From the NCBI GenBank assembly GCA_015680685.1, contig MNCI01000811.1, forward strand, positions 36,060-100,059: a stretch of 64,000 bases of DNA, read 5' to 3'. Position 1 is the stretch's first letter, and each line of letters begins with the position of its first letter. The stretch is from Gnetum montanum (Eukaryota > Plantae > Gnetophyta). This document shows, one piece after another, positions 41,380-54,620 of the stretch. Under the pieces are notes generated by a model. The model saw nothing but the letters and a program-made list of their open reading frames with translations. It made no database searches and had not been told where the DNA came from. The translations under genes and the position numbers were made by a program.

Positions 41380-44300
41380 GTTGAAAATAAGTAGATGGAG
41401 GATGCTAAGGGGCATTCAGAGGAGGAAGTGGTGGATCATCTCCACCCTCACTGTTGGGGCCGCCAATGTCTCCTAATGCCTAAAATACAACAACACATAG
41501 TAAGTTAGTGACCAATAGCCAAACCCATAACTTAAAACTAAAACTAAAACATAGAATACATCTAACCTATGGGGATTATAGCTCCATAACTTCTAGGAAT
41601 AGATGTGGAAGGCCTTTCTCCAAACAATGGAGGATTTGGCCCTCTATCATGTTGACCTAATGAACATCCCCAAGATCAACATGGAAAAAGATGCTAGTCT
41701 TATCTACCATGGTCCAAGTAGATGGCTCTTGAGTAATAGTAGGCATAGAAGTCTTGCTTGCAATATTGGTAATTTGAGGAGTAGGGGATTTCTCCACCAT
41801 GAGAGTACTCTCAAAAAGTTGATAAGCACTCTTCACCTAAATCTCCTGGATGAAAAGCTCTCTCTTATGTCATTCAATTGACTCCTCCTTGAGCCACTCA
41901 AGGTAGGCCCCATGATCTACCATGTACTGTCACTTGTGAACCTTTTATTTCTTATCCCACTTTAGGACCCAAGCATAGTGATCTTTCCAATTCTCACCTT
42001 CTAGAAGATGAGGTCCATTTGCATCTTTTGTTGCACCATATTTTGTAAGACCACTACCTTGTCCTGAATGGTATGCTAGTAGTGAGCCCATGTTATCTCC
42101 TTAGTCCACAATTTTCCTAAGTTAGCCATTTGGGATTTCACAAATGCCTTGTGATCTTGGAGATCTCTAATGATATCCTCTTGCCATTGAGTCTTGTCCC
42201 TTAAGGCCACAACTTCCTCTTCTAAGGATTCATTGGACCTCTCTAGCTCCCATGAAGTTTTTACACATGACATTGCTAGATTAGTAGTAGTCTCATACAA
42301 CTTCAAGGATACACTAGATACATCAGAGGAAAGCTTAGGAAAGGAGTTAATCTCCATGTCTTGGTTGGGGTTCCACTCCATAGAAGGCACTACACAAGTA
42401 GGAAATACAACCATAAACATAATATACAACATAAGATAGCCATAACACAAACATATCCTATAACATAGCCAAACCACATAGGCATATAAAATAAATTTCT
42501 TACTTATCTTGAGTGTAACTTGTTGCAACCAGTTGATGATTTCCTTAGCCATCACATGCATGAACTTCACCTTGTTTGGGATCTCCAACTATGGTTTTGA
42601 ATGAAACTTAGGGATAGAGGGCTATGCTAGTAGCTTAGGAACTACTATAAGAATAATAATCATCAAATGATTAGGATGAAAACAAAAATTAAACCATAAG
42701 ATATAATGAAAGTGTTAAGGCATGTCACACCTAGCTTCTTCTTCTCTTCCTTTGGAATGACAATGGGGGATGTATTTGATACCACGTCACTAAAAAAGGC
42801 ATCTAGACCATTTATATCAACATTGACAAACCCTTCAACCTTAGGTTACTTTAGGAGTGTCTCTTCTGCACACCTTTGTTCTTCCTTTGTGGCATCTCGG
42901 GCTACCATAACCTAACATTTGTCTACAATCATAGCACATAGAAAATGGGTTAACACCTGAAACCATAACATAGCCACAAACTTTAAAACATAAAATATCC
43001 AAACTTAAAAGAAGCATACCTATGATTTTCTTCTATTATGGCTTAAGCTTAAGCTTCTTCAAGATGGGTTTTTCTGATGCTAGTAGTGCTTTCATAGGCC
43101 TCTTGGATTTCTCACTGGCTATTCCTTTGACATCCCTACATCATTTTTTGGCCTCTAAGATGCTTGCTAAAAATGTGAGAGGTTCCTCATCATCTGTGTT
43201 GTCAAGGGATTCACACCACCTACCATCAAGATCCTTGGTGGTGATGAATAATGTATCATCCATCCCCTCTAGTGGATTCTAGGCCTACATCGTAAGCTAA
43301 ATGTGCTTTATCCAAGGCTTAGAAAGTTGGCTTGTATCTTTGGAAACCCATTTTCCATCCTTATACACCACTAGAAACTTTGCAAACCTCTTCAAGTAAC
43401 CTACAAGGAATGCAAAATACATGTGGATTATTGTATAGGCATCTACATAGAGTCTAAGGATCTCCTCTTGAAGTCTAATAGCCAAAGAAGCCACCTAGTT
43501 GAACCTGGTACCACCCATCAAGACCTTCTTAAAGGTCCAGCCTTGTGTGATGTCGATCACCTTCTTTTACAATAATAGGTTGGGAAACATAAGAGACCTG
43601 AATAAAGAATAGGATTCCTTTGCATCAAGGTTTGTGAAGCCATCCATGGAAATTCTAGAGTGGCCCATGTTAGCACCAAGCCAATTCAAAACTTCCTAAT
43701 GATGGCTTGATTCCTTCACTATCCTAGTGNNNNNNNNNNNNNNNNNNNNNNNNNNNNNNNNNNNNNNNNNNNNNNNNNNNNNNNNNNNNNNNNNNNNNNN
43801 NNNNNNNNNNNNNNNNNNNNNNNNNNNNNNNNNNNNNNNNNNNNNNNNNNNNNNNNNNNNNNNNNNNNNNNNNNNNNNNNNNNNNNNNNNNNNNNNNNNN
43901 NNNNNNNNNNNNNNNNNNNNNNNNNNNNNNNNNNNNNNNNNNNNNNNNNNNNNNNNNNNNNNNNNNNNNNNNNNNNNNNNNNNNNNNNNNNNNNNNNNNN
44001 NNNNNNNNNNNNNNNNNNNNNNNNNNNNNNNNNNNNNNNNNNNNNNNNNNNNNNNNNNNNNNNNNNNNNNNNNNNNNNNNNNNNNNNNNNNNNNNNNNNN
44101 NNNNNAGGGTAGCTTGAGCCACTACCAAGGTTTGATCATTAATGATCAAGCCTTGATCATTGACTCAGTATCTGCAGGAAGTTCATAAAACCAATGCAGT
44201 TAGAAAAGTAGACAATAAAGCTAATAAAGCCATAAAAAAAACTATAACAACTAAGCTTACCCAAGTAGATGATACATGGTGCCAGGTGAGTTTTGAAATA

Positions 44301-44710
44301 ATGTGTGGGCTAAATGTGCCACCATCAAAGTATTCTTAGCATTATACTGATTAACTATACTCTAGCATCATCCATATCTTCGTAAGGTAATGTGGGCTTA
44401 TTGTGTCTTCTAGGCCCCTTGATGTCCTAGGAGGTAGATTATCAATAATGAACTTAATAATTAGGCTAGATGCCTAAGTTAACAAGGTCTCCACTATAGC
44501 CCTAGCCACATCTATGGATAAGTGTGACCACAACATCACACTAAAGTTTTGTAGAATGTAGGAAAGGAATTCCCTTATCCCAAGCTAGAGCCACAGTGAA
44601 GTCTTTTCCAACAACATGTTAGGAAGTGGGGTATTACCCTTAGGATGATCAATATAGCATAAAATTCCCACTGACTCCACAATAATGAGGACGGGATTCA
44701 AGTAGACCTT
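41380..44710 (-). pseudogene. Antisense multi-exon gene remnant of unknown function inside the Tat PR-RT spacer
   Basis: Coding-like blocks (~44260-44708, 43020-43725, 42730-42912, 42505-42650, 41570-42390, 41380-41480) alternate with short A-rich (minus-strand T-rich) blocks bounded by plus-strand ac/ct motifs (e.g. agcttac 44254, tacttatc 42501, gcatacc 43014). Coiled-coil ORF at 42076-42588. Confidence 0.55.
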
Positions 44711-47700
44711 GCATGAAGAAAAGCAAAAACATTATGACCAATTATAATTTCTTAATAAGTTTTGAAAAAACATCCTAGTCGAGGGTGAAATTAGCCCCTA
44801 TAAAAATCTCTAAGGTGTTTACTCAAGTTAGCTTAAGAAATTCTACAATAAATAATTGTTAAAAATATTCATAGCCAAAAATTTATAGCCAGAATTAAGC
44901 CTTAGTTTAGACCATGCATAAGCTTAGAAAAAGCATTAAAACTTAGAAAAAAGCATATATCCATAGTAAAAAGATTTCTAAAAATAGAAAAGCCTTTACT
45001 TTTCTTAAAAAGAAATTTAAAACATAAGTTTTACATATATAGTAGTCATGGGAGTTAACAAGAGTAATCTCTAAGCATGTCAATTACATCCATCCCCAAA
45101 GAGGTAAGGTGCTACAACCATGATACAAAACTAACTAAACATTTATGAAAAATTCATCCAAGCTTCAATTTTAGTGATTCCACCATGGAGGAAATCCTAA
45201 AGTCACAAGTTTTGTATCCATGAACATTACAACTAGAGACAAATAACCACTTTTACATGAAACATAGACAAATTTAGCAAAAATCGTAGCCATCACCATT
45301 GACCCCCTTTTGCACAAGGTTGGTAAAAAATTCACCAAATATTTGTTTAGGCTTCAAGTAGACTAATTCCACCCCTATTTGTAGCTTAAATCAAGCTCTA
45401 CACATTCACACTTTAAAAAAATTTTAAATCCTTTCCTTTCATTCAGAGAAAATTCACCAATTTCGACAAAAATCTAGAAACGACACAGACCTCCTTTTGA
45501 CATAGGCTTAATAAAAAAATCATTTTAAGTCCAATCAGAGTGATTCTACCTTTTTTGGAAAGCTAAATCCAAGGTCCACCTAGCCAAAAATCTTGTTGTT
45601 TTCTTAGAAACAATTTTTGAATTCACATGTAAACAATTTGTGAATTCATATGAAAATCTAAAAATGGCATAAAAAGCCTAATTGCATGACCTTAGGAAAA
45701 CAACCACAACTTAATCATTTCAAAGCCAAATTAAACAAGAAAATAGCCATTGGAAAGATTAAATGTAGGGCTAAAAACCCATAACGATAAATTTTAAAAA
45801 TATATAGCCATTTGCTTGAAAATAATACACAACATTACTTTCTTTTTTTCATGTACAAAGCTAAAAAGCTAAAACCCAACTTAACATAGCCTTACAAAAA
45901 TAGCCAAAATAGTTGAAATAACCATACCCATTAAAAAACACATCAAAATAAGGGGTTAGGAGTTTTTTTAAATTTAATTTTGATGAATATTTCTGCCTAG
46001 ATCTAACAAAAACTGTCCTACCCCCAAATTTTGGAAAAAAGCATGAAAATAGCAAGCTTAATTTCAAAAATTGAATCTACTAAAGCCAAAACAATGAAAA
46101 AACCATAGATCTACATAAAAAAAATAAGAGGTGGGATTTAATCCAAATTTCATTTTACCCCCTTTGACAATGTAGATCTTAGAGAAATGGACCCACACAT
46201 TGTAAGAAAAACGTGAAAAATAGTTAAAAACAAAAGTAAAGATGGGTAGGATTGCCTACCTCAGAGTAGCAATAGATGAGGCCTTGATGGAGATAGGCCT
46301 AGGAAATCCTTGTAAGTCCCTAGCATGCTCATCTACCTTTTGAATCTTAGGGTTTTGGCTCTTTCCCCCATGTTGCTTTGATGCCATGATAGGCTCAACA
46401 CTGACAATAGTTGAAAATTGGGGAGAATGGGAGATCAATGTTGATTGCAAGGAAGATGGGAGGCTTCCATGTTGAAGATTAATGCTCTATGACATAAAAA
46501 AAAATCTACCAAAGCTCTCTTGCAATTTTTTGTTGATATAGAATGATAATTGTGATTGAAAATTTATGAAATTTGGCATTAAAAACCTAAACAAAACCTA
46601 AAAACCCACCTTTAAACACTAGTTTCCCATTTAGTGCACCATAACTCCAAGTGCACTAAAGTGCAAGGTGGGGAAAGTATCTTCTATGCTAAGTTTGGTG
46701 GGAGTTAAGCTCAAAATTCAAATTTTTAAATTTTTGAATGGTGGGCCCCACCATACACCTTCCATCTTAGCCAAAAAACTTCATCAATGCTAAGATCTAG
46801 CAAATTTTGATACTTAGAGAATAATGAAACCTTAACTCCTATGCATACACACTGGGAGTATCATGCCCAACATGCAAACATGCCTCCCATTTCACAAAAA
46901 AATTAAAGCATACCTATCTTGCCATTTTTAGTAGCTACAACCCATGTTTTAAGACTTGGACTCCCAAAAGGAGGTTGAACATCAACAAATCTAGACAATT
47001 TGGGTTTCCACGCAAGGGAAATAGTGCCAAAAATGGAAGAAGGGGGATAACAACCATTCTTACTCCCAAACACCCATCTAGCCTAAGTTTGATCCCTAAA
47101 GTAGGCCCCACATCACCTAGAATCCCACCAAGTACACATGGCAGCCCTAGAACATCATCAAACCTAGTCAAAACTAGTTAAAACCTTAGGTTATGGTGTT
47201 TTCACACTAGGGAAGGATTCATCCATGTTGAGAATCTCGTCTCCAACATGGATGGGTGGGGTGAAATAAAAAATGACCTAAATTAACTACCTAGTATCAT
47301 TTTCTCAAAGCCTAGTGACCCTTGGGTCCTACTAGAACCCTTTGGAAGATTTGAATGCATTAATAGTAGTCAAATATGACATAAAACTACCATAACATTC
47401 TCATCCACATTGACGCCATCATGCCTAGCATGAACAAAAAGGGGAAGAATGCATAAGGCACTTGGAAGCATCCAAACTACTAAATCTTGGCATCCAGTAT
47501 AGAGGTTGACATGCATGATTAATTGGGTGTTGAATTGGCCTAGATTTGACTTTATGATTCTTTCACATTGGGGGAGACATCTTCCATGCTACCCAGCATG
47601 AAAACTAGGAGGATGAAGCTAGAAAGATCAATGGGAGGTTCTAGAAATAAGAAAACAACATTAAAATATCTTAAACTAACACTAGAACCTTCACAACCTT

Positions 47701-48030
47701 TTTAGATGCTACTTGAATGCCAAAAATTAGCAAAAATCAATCCCCTTAGGTTATTTCACACTGAGGAGGACCTCCTCCATGCTAAGAATTCTAGTCATAG
47801 TGCGGATGAAAGGAGGAAAGCCAAAACTATTGAAGTTTACATGCAAATTGACTTCCGAAAGCAACCCAAATCTTTCGGAAGTCATCTAAATTAATGAAAG
47901 CTTATTCCCTTAGGTTATCCACACTGAGGAGGATCTCAACCATGCTGATCATCCCAACCCAAACATGGATTGAGGGTGGGGGGNNNNNNNNNNNNNNNNN
48001 NNNNNNNNNNNNNNNNNNNNNNNNNNNNNN

Positions 48031-48072
<42 letters not shown>
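48031..48072. repeat. (GA)n microsatellite next to a gap
   Basis: 21 GA units. Confidence 0.95.
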
Positions 48073-48075
<3 letters not shown>

Positions 48076-48099
48076 TAAAAACCCTCTTACAACCCTCCA

Positions 48100-50200
48100 A
48101 ATAATTAGATTTTAACCCTAAGCATTGATAGTTGACACTTGCAACCTTGTGGACATGCATGCATAGCCAAAATTGTTAAAAATTAGTGAAAAGTAGGGTC
48201 CCTTAGTTTCTCCATGCTAAGACCATTTTCTTTGATGCTAGTTAGTGTGGAAGAAATGGGGAAACTTTGGGGGGACTCTAAAATAGGCTCCAAAGACCTT
48301 AAATAAAAGCTAGAAAGCCTAGTGTATGTCCTAGAACCCTTTTTACACATTCTAAGACCCTTAGACCTATCAATATTGACTACGAATAGCTAGAAAATAT
48401 TTTTTCCCAATCTTCCACACTGATCATGAAGAACCTAGCATAGGAAAAGGGGGAAAACACCAAAAACCACTTAACGACCTTTGAAATGACCAAATCTTAG
48501 CACTAGGAAGTAGTAGTTGACACTAACAACCTTAGAAACCCACATGCATGATCAGAAACATCAAAAAATGGAAAAAAGAAGGGTTTCCTAGTTCCTTCAC
48601 ACTAATAGCTACCTCTTCCATGCTGATAGCATGGAAGAAAATAGAAAACTTTGGGGGAACTCAAAAATTACTTTTAAATACCTCAAGAAAACAACTTACA
48701 GCCTTACATGAGCCCAAAGATTAGTTTTACATCTTTTGGAGCCCTCAAACCCTACCAAAGTGATCATAAATAACTAGAAAGCTGCTCCTCCTAGTCTTCC
48801 ACACTTAGCATACTATCTCCAACATGAAAAAATGGGGAAGCTTAAAAACCATCTAGGAAACTTCCAAATTGACCAAACTTGATCTCAAACCCTAGTCCTT
48901 GATCCCTACAAGCTTAGAAGCATACATGCATGATTGATTGAGGCTAAAAATAGTCTAGATCTAAGATTTGTGATTCTTCCACACTGGGGATCCCTTCCTC
49001 CATGCTACTTAATGTAGAAATTGAGAGGGTAACTCATTTGGAATCCATAAACACCTTAGAATGACATCAAATAACCTTTTATTCATCCTAGAACCCTATC
49101 GGCAAACATTAGACTTTCAAACCTTAGAAAACTTGTCCTAAATGACTAAAAGTGGTTTGCCCTAGTTTTATACATTGATACCCATTGGCCTAGTGTTGAG
49201 AAAATTGGAAAAGCCCCCAAAAAAAACTTAAAAGTATTGAAAGTTACCAAATTTTGACATGAAACCCTAGCCCTTGGTCCTAACAACTCTAGGAGCTGAC
49301 ATGCATAGTCGATTATGATTCAAATTGGCCTACATCTTGGATTCCTATTTCATCCATGATAGTAAAGGTCTCTTCCATGTTAGGCCACATGGAAATGAGG
49401 GGAAAATCTACTTTTAAACTTTTGGTGATAAGATGACACTTCTAGAAGCTAAAGATCTATGCTAGAGAAGCCTAGGACCTCATAGCCTAGAGATTTTTCT
49501 TGTTTGACCTCACTTTGATCTCCAAAATCCATTCCATCAAATATTACATGCTAGAGAAACTTTCCTAGTGTGGAAATAAGAGAGAGGGGGGNNNNNNNNN
49601 NNGGAAGAGAGAGAGATTTTAAGTACCCTTGAATGACCTCAAAACATGCCCAAGATTAGCCAAAAACTTCCAGAATCATAGCCTTAGCCCTAGGAGCCTA
49701 GGAACCTAGTTAATGTGCTCCCAAACCATCCAAAATTAACAAAACAAGTGTTCTTGAATTCTTTAATGCTAGATATTATATGATTAGTGTGGAAGAAAGG
49801 GGAAAAGCCATTTTAGCATTTGGACAAGCAAAATCAACTTTGATGGTCTTAAAATAAAGCTAGAGGATGCAAAACTTCTAGATCTAGGTTCTTGTAGCAT
49901 GTTTGATCCTATTTGATCAAGATTTTAGATTCTCCATGCTGAACCCCCTCTCTTCCATGCTAGCTAATGTGGAAACAAGGGAAAAGAATGCAAAACCTAC
50001 TTTTTACCTTTATAGACCTCTAGCCCTACGTTACCTTGGGGAGGCCCCAAGACCTTAATTTTGGAGCTCTGGATGTCCTAAAATATACTCTTCATAGTTT
50101 CCATGTTGAGGATTCCTTCTTCCATGTTGGCTAGCATGGAAAAAATGGGGGCCTAAAGTGGGAGCTTCAAAACTCATAGCTTTCATGCACAAACAGGCTA
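48100..50200. repeat. Degenerate ~385-bp tandem repeat with ttccatgct..agcatggaa palindromes
   Basis: acatgcat anchors at ~48153, 48542, 48924 and 49299. Palindromes at ~48616, 49954 and 50120. Confidence 0.6.
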
Positions 50201-50852
50201 GAAATAGCCTTGACTGATGATCAAAGTTACCTAATTGCCTTGTAGCCCTACATCATGGCACACTAAGGCCTAAAACTGGTAAAACCTAATCCTTTTAAGC
50301 TATGTTAGTCAAATTTCACTATATGTAGCCTATTTTGCTTGATTTTTGCCTTATTACATGATGCTTTAACTTGTTTCAACCTAGTGTTGCCTTGTCAACC
50401 TTGTTGACCTTATTGTGTCCTTTATGTAGGCCTATATTTTCTTTATTTTCCTTATTATAGCTTTATTTTACTTTGTTTAACCTTTGATTAGTTTCAAATA
50501 GTGGGGTTTGAGCTTCATTAACCACCATTTGATGCTAGGTGACCTTGGCCCGCTATGGCCTTAAACTAGCATCATGGCCTACTAAGGCCTTAAACTGGCA
50601 TCATAGTCCACCAAGACTCTAAACTGGCATCATGGCCTACTAAGTACTAAAGCTAGCAAAATTATGACCTTTGTTAACCATTTTTAGCCTTATTTCTTAT
50701 AATTTACTTTGTTTAGCCTTACTTGGACTTATTACACTTTTTTTGCTTATTGTTGCCCTATTTATAGCCTTGGATGATCTTGTTTGCATTAGAATAGCAT
50801 GTGGTTGCATAATTTTATAGCATTTTAGTATTGTTTATTTATTTTTTTCTAG

Positions 50853-53800
50853 GTGTCACTTAATATGATTTTGGTTGACATGCAAGATCCAAGTATGGGT
50901 AACTGGGAGCAAATCAGTTTGCCTTTGTATCTACATAAACCTCATGGTGATGTTGAATGATGTATTGACCTTGATTGCCTAGATCTTAAGGCTAAGAGTC
51001 TTGTAGACCACATAGCCTCAATAGAAAAACCTCTAGAATGGCTTAAAAACCAAGTCAAAACCCTTGACCTAGAGACAAGTGACATAACTAAAGACTCTCT
51101 AGTTGAGGCCCCTATCACAACACATAGTGGTGAGAAGAAAACCCTTAAGCTAAGTTCTTCATTGGAACCTCAATAGGCTCAAGATATCACCAAGGTCCTA
51201 CAAAGCTACATTAATGGCTTTGCCAAGTCATATGAAGATATGCCAAGACTAGACCCATGCTTAGTCTAGAGCAACATCATACTAGATCCTAGCATTAGAT
51301 TGGTTAAGAAAAAATGCACAAGATTAGACTTGATTTGGCCTTGGAAGTTCATAATGAAATCTCAAAGTTCTATCAAGCTAGTTTCATGAGGGCTGTTGAC
51401 TATGCAGAATGGGTATCCAACATAGTGGTAGTCCCTAAGAAAAATAAGAGTATCCATATATTTATTGATTTCTAAGACCTAAATAAAGTGACTATCAAGG
51501 ATGATGTCCTTTTGCCTAGTATTGATCAACTTATTAATACTATAGTCAGACATCCCTTGTTGTCCTTTATGGATGGATTTTCAGAATATAACCAAATTAG
51601 GATCAACCTAGAGCACCAACTTAGCACAACCTTCATGATCCCCTAGGGTAGCTTTTGCTATACCATGATGTCCTTTGGTCTTAAGAATGTAGGAGAAACA
51701 TACCAAAGAGCCATGACTTGTATCTTCAATGATTACATGCTAGGTTTGCTTAACGATTATGTAGATGACATAGCCATTAAGTCCAAAATGGTTAATAACT
51801 ATGCTAATGACCTAGGTCTTGTGCTCAAACAATGCCTCAAGTACAAGCTTAGGCTTAATCCTAAGAAATGCATCTTTAGTGTTAAGATTGGTAAGATGCT
51901 TAGCTTTGTGGGGATACCTATCGATCCTAATAAGGTTAAGTTCATGTCTAATTTAGTAGCACCTACTAACCTTAAGGAGCTTTAGGGATTACAAGGTAGA
52001 TGATAGTTTATTAATATGTTTATGGCTAGGCTTATAGATAAGTTACAGCCCATGCAACACTTACCTAAGAAAGGGGTTCACTATGAGTGGACAACTCAAT
52101 GCCAAGAGGCGTTTGAAAACCTTAAGCAAGAGTTGGCACAACTACTGACAGTCTATTCTTTGCAATAGGGTAAATTATTTTATATCTACCTTGCCATATC
52201 CAACACATCCATTTTCTCTTTAATCTATTAGAAACATGATGATGGAGTAGAGATGCCAGTATACTACCTTACCCATGCACTAGTTACCCATGAGACCCGA
52301 TACCCTAAAGTGGAGAAGTATTATCTAGCACTAGTCTTCTCCTTGAAGAAGTGGAGCCACTACCTCTTTAGAAGCTAAGTCAACATCATTTTCAAGGATA
52401 AAATGCTTAGAGTCATAATGATCAATCTTTATGAAAGTAGTTATATAGCCCAATGGAAAGCCATAACCATGAAGTTTAACTTTCATTATGTCTCTCAGTC
52501 CTCAACGAAAGGTCAAGCTATAGCCATACAATTTATAGTTTCCCTATTGATGACCAAGCAACCATAGATCCCAAGTTCCTTAATGAGCATATTAACATAT
52601 TTAGCTAAGTGCATAAGGGTTATGAAGTGGTCATGCACTTTGACAGAGCTTCAACTACCCATGGGGCTAGTGTTGCTATCATCATAACATTCCCATTTGG
52701 TGAAATCCAATAATTTGTCTATCATTTTGAGTTTCCATGTACCAAAAACATATTAGAGTATGAGGGTTTGATCAGAGGGATTATGGTAGCTTATAACCTA
52801 GAAATCAGAAGCTTAATGATCAAAGACGATTCCCAACTTATGGTCAACCAAGTGAGCGAAGTCTATGCATGCAAAGCCAAACACTTACAACCATATTGTG
52901 ACCTAGGAAAGTAACTATTATAATAGTTCATAGACATTGATATCCAACACATACCCCAAATCGATAATTCCATAGCCAATCAAATTACAACATTAGCCCT
53001 TAGTGTAATGTGAGATTTGTTTATTAAGTTGCCCACCTTAACCATGGACTGTGCTGCTCCCATCACACAGAAAACTAAGGATACTTTTGTAGCCATCATT
53101 CATACTATTCCTCCAAAGGAGTGGTATGATGATATCAAATCTTACCTTATGCATGATGAATTCTCACAAGGCTTGACTAGTACTTAAAAGGAATTTGTAT
53201 GTAATTGATAAAAGAAATATTTCATTGTAGGTGATAACACATTATGTTGATGATCCTATGATGGCATACTCCTAAAGTGCTTAGGTCAAATCAAAGCTAG
53301 AATAGTCCTATAAGAGGTTCACAATGGTGTTTATGGAGGACATATAGGAATAATAGCTATGACCACTAAGATTATATGGTTAGGCTACTATTGTCCCCAT
53401 GTGAAAAATGACTACTTGCAGAAGATTAAGAGGTGTGAAACATGCCAACGATATAGCAACCTTATATATATACCACCAACTGATTTGCATACCACTCAAA
53501 CAACATGGCCATTTAAATGATGAGAGTTAGACATCATTTGACCCATAATGCCTAAGTCTTCTACAAGACATAGCTTCATCATCATCACAATCGAATACTT
53601 TACAAAGTGGATTGAGGTTATTCTCCTAAGGAAGACTACATCTGAGCTAGTTTTCAAATTCATCCTAGATAACATTGTAGCCTATTTTAGCGTACCCATG
53701 AGCATAGTTATAGATAATGGACCATAATTTAGTAGCCAAGAAACAAAATATTTCTATCATGACCTAGGCATTAAGCATTTTTTCTTGTCACCATATTACC

Positions 53801-54363
53801 CTCTAGCCAATGGACAACAAGAAGAAAGAAATAAGGCCATCATCAACTTGCTTAAGAAGATTCTTAACAACAACAAGTGCAAATGGCATGAGCTACTTGT
53901 CTATGCACTATGGGCATACAAAAAAACCTATCACATAGCAACTAGTATGACCCCTTACAGCTTGGTTTATGGTTTTGAAGTGGTTTTACCTTTTGAATTG
54001 TAGGTGCCATCTCTTTGAGTAGCCTTGAACAACTTTATCAATGATGAGAAGAAAAAGGAGTTATGAACAATAACCTTAGACTCAGTGGAGGAGCAACATA
54101 CGCAAATGCTTGCTCACATCAAATACTATCAAGAGAGGTGGAATCGATAGAATTACCATAACTTGACCATGAGTAAGATCAAGGAGGGTGACCTAGTCCT
54201 CAAAGCCATTTTTGAGCATGTAGATAAATTCTTAGCCAATTGGGAAGGGCCCTTTCTTGTTACCAAAGCCTACAAGAATGATGCATTCAGGATAGCTGAT
54301 ATGGATAAGAATAAGCTGGCCAATCTAGTTAATCATTCTTATCTAAATCCATATTACATATAG
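50853..54363 (+). pseudogene. Decayed Tat/Ogre RT-RNaseH-archaeal-type RNaseH-integrase
   Basis: SYEDMPRLDP ~51228; EWVSNIVVVPKKN; LSFMDGFSEYNQI; MSFGLKNVGETYQRAM; YVDD ~51758; LNPKKC; RH ~52140-52550; aRH HFD.AS..G..TKN..EYE.LI..DSQL.VNQV at 52630-53000; INT SPYYP.ANGQ.E, LWAY, TPYSLVYG; NWEGPF. Confidence 0.93.
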
Positions 54364-54620
54364 CTAGCAATCATCAACATGTAAGCCTACTTTCAATAGT
54401 TTTCTATGATCTTAAATTGGCAACATAGCCTACCATGGCCTTAAACTAGTACCATGATGAGCCACACTATTAAACTAGCAACCTTAGTAACCTAGATAGC
54501 TCTGTTTTATTATCTCATATGGTTTGTATGCTTTGTAATGTAATAATGTGTAGTGGTGTTATGTATTCTTTGTTGTTGCCTTTTGGGTCAATCCTCCAAA
54601 CATCAATAAAGAAGAAACAT

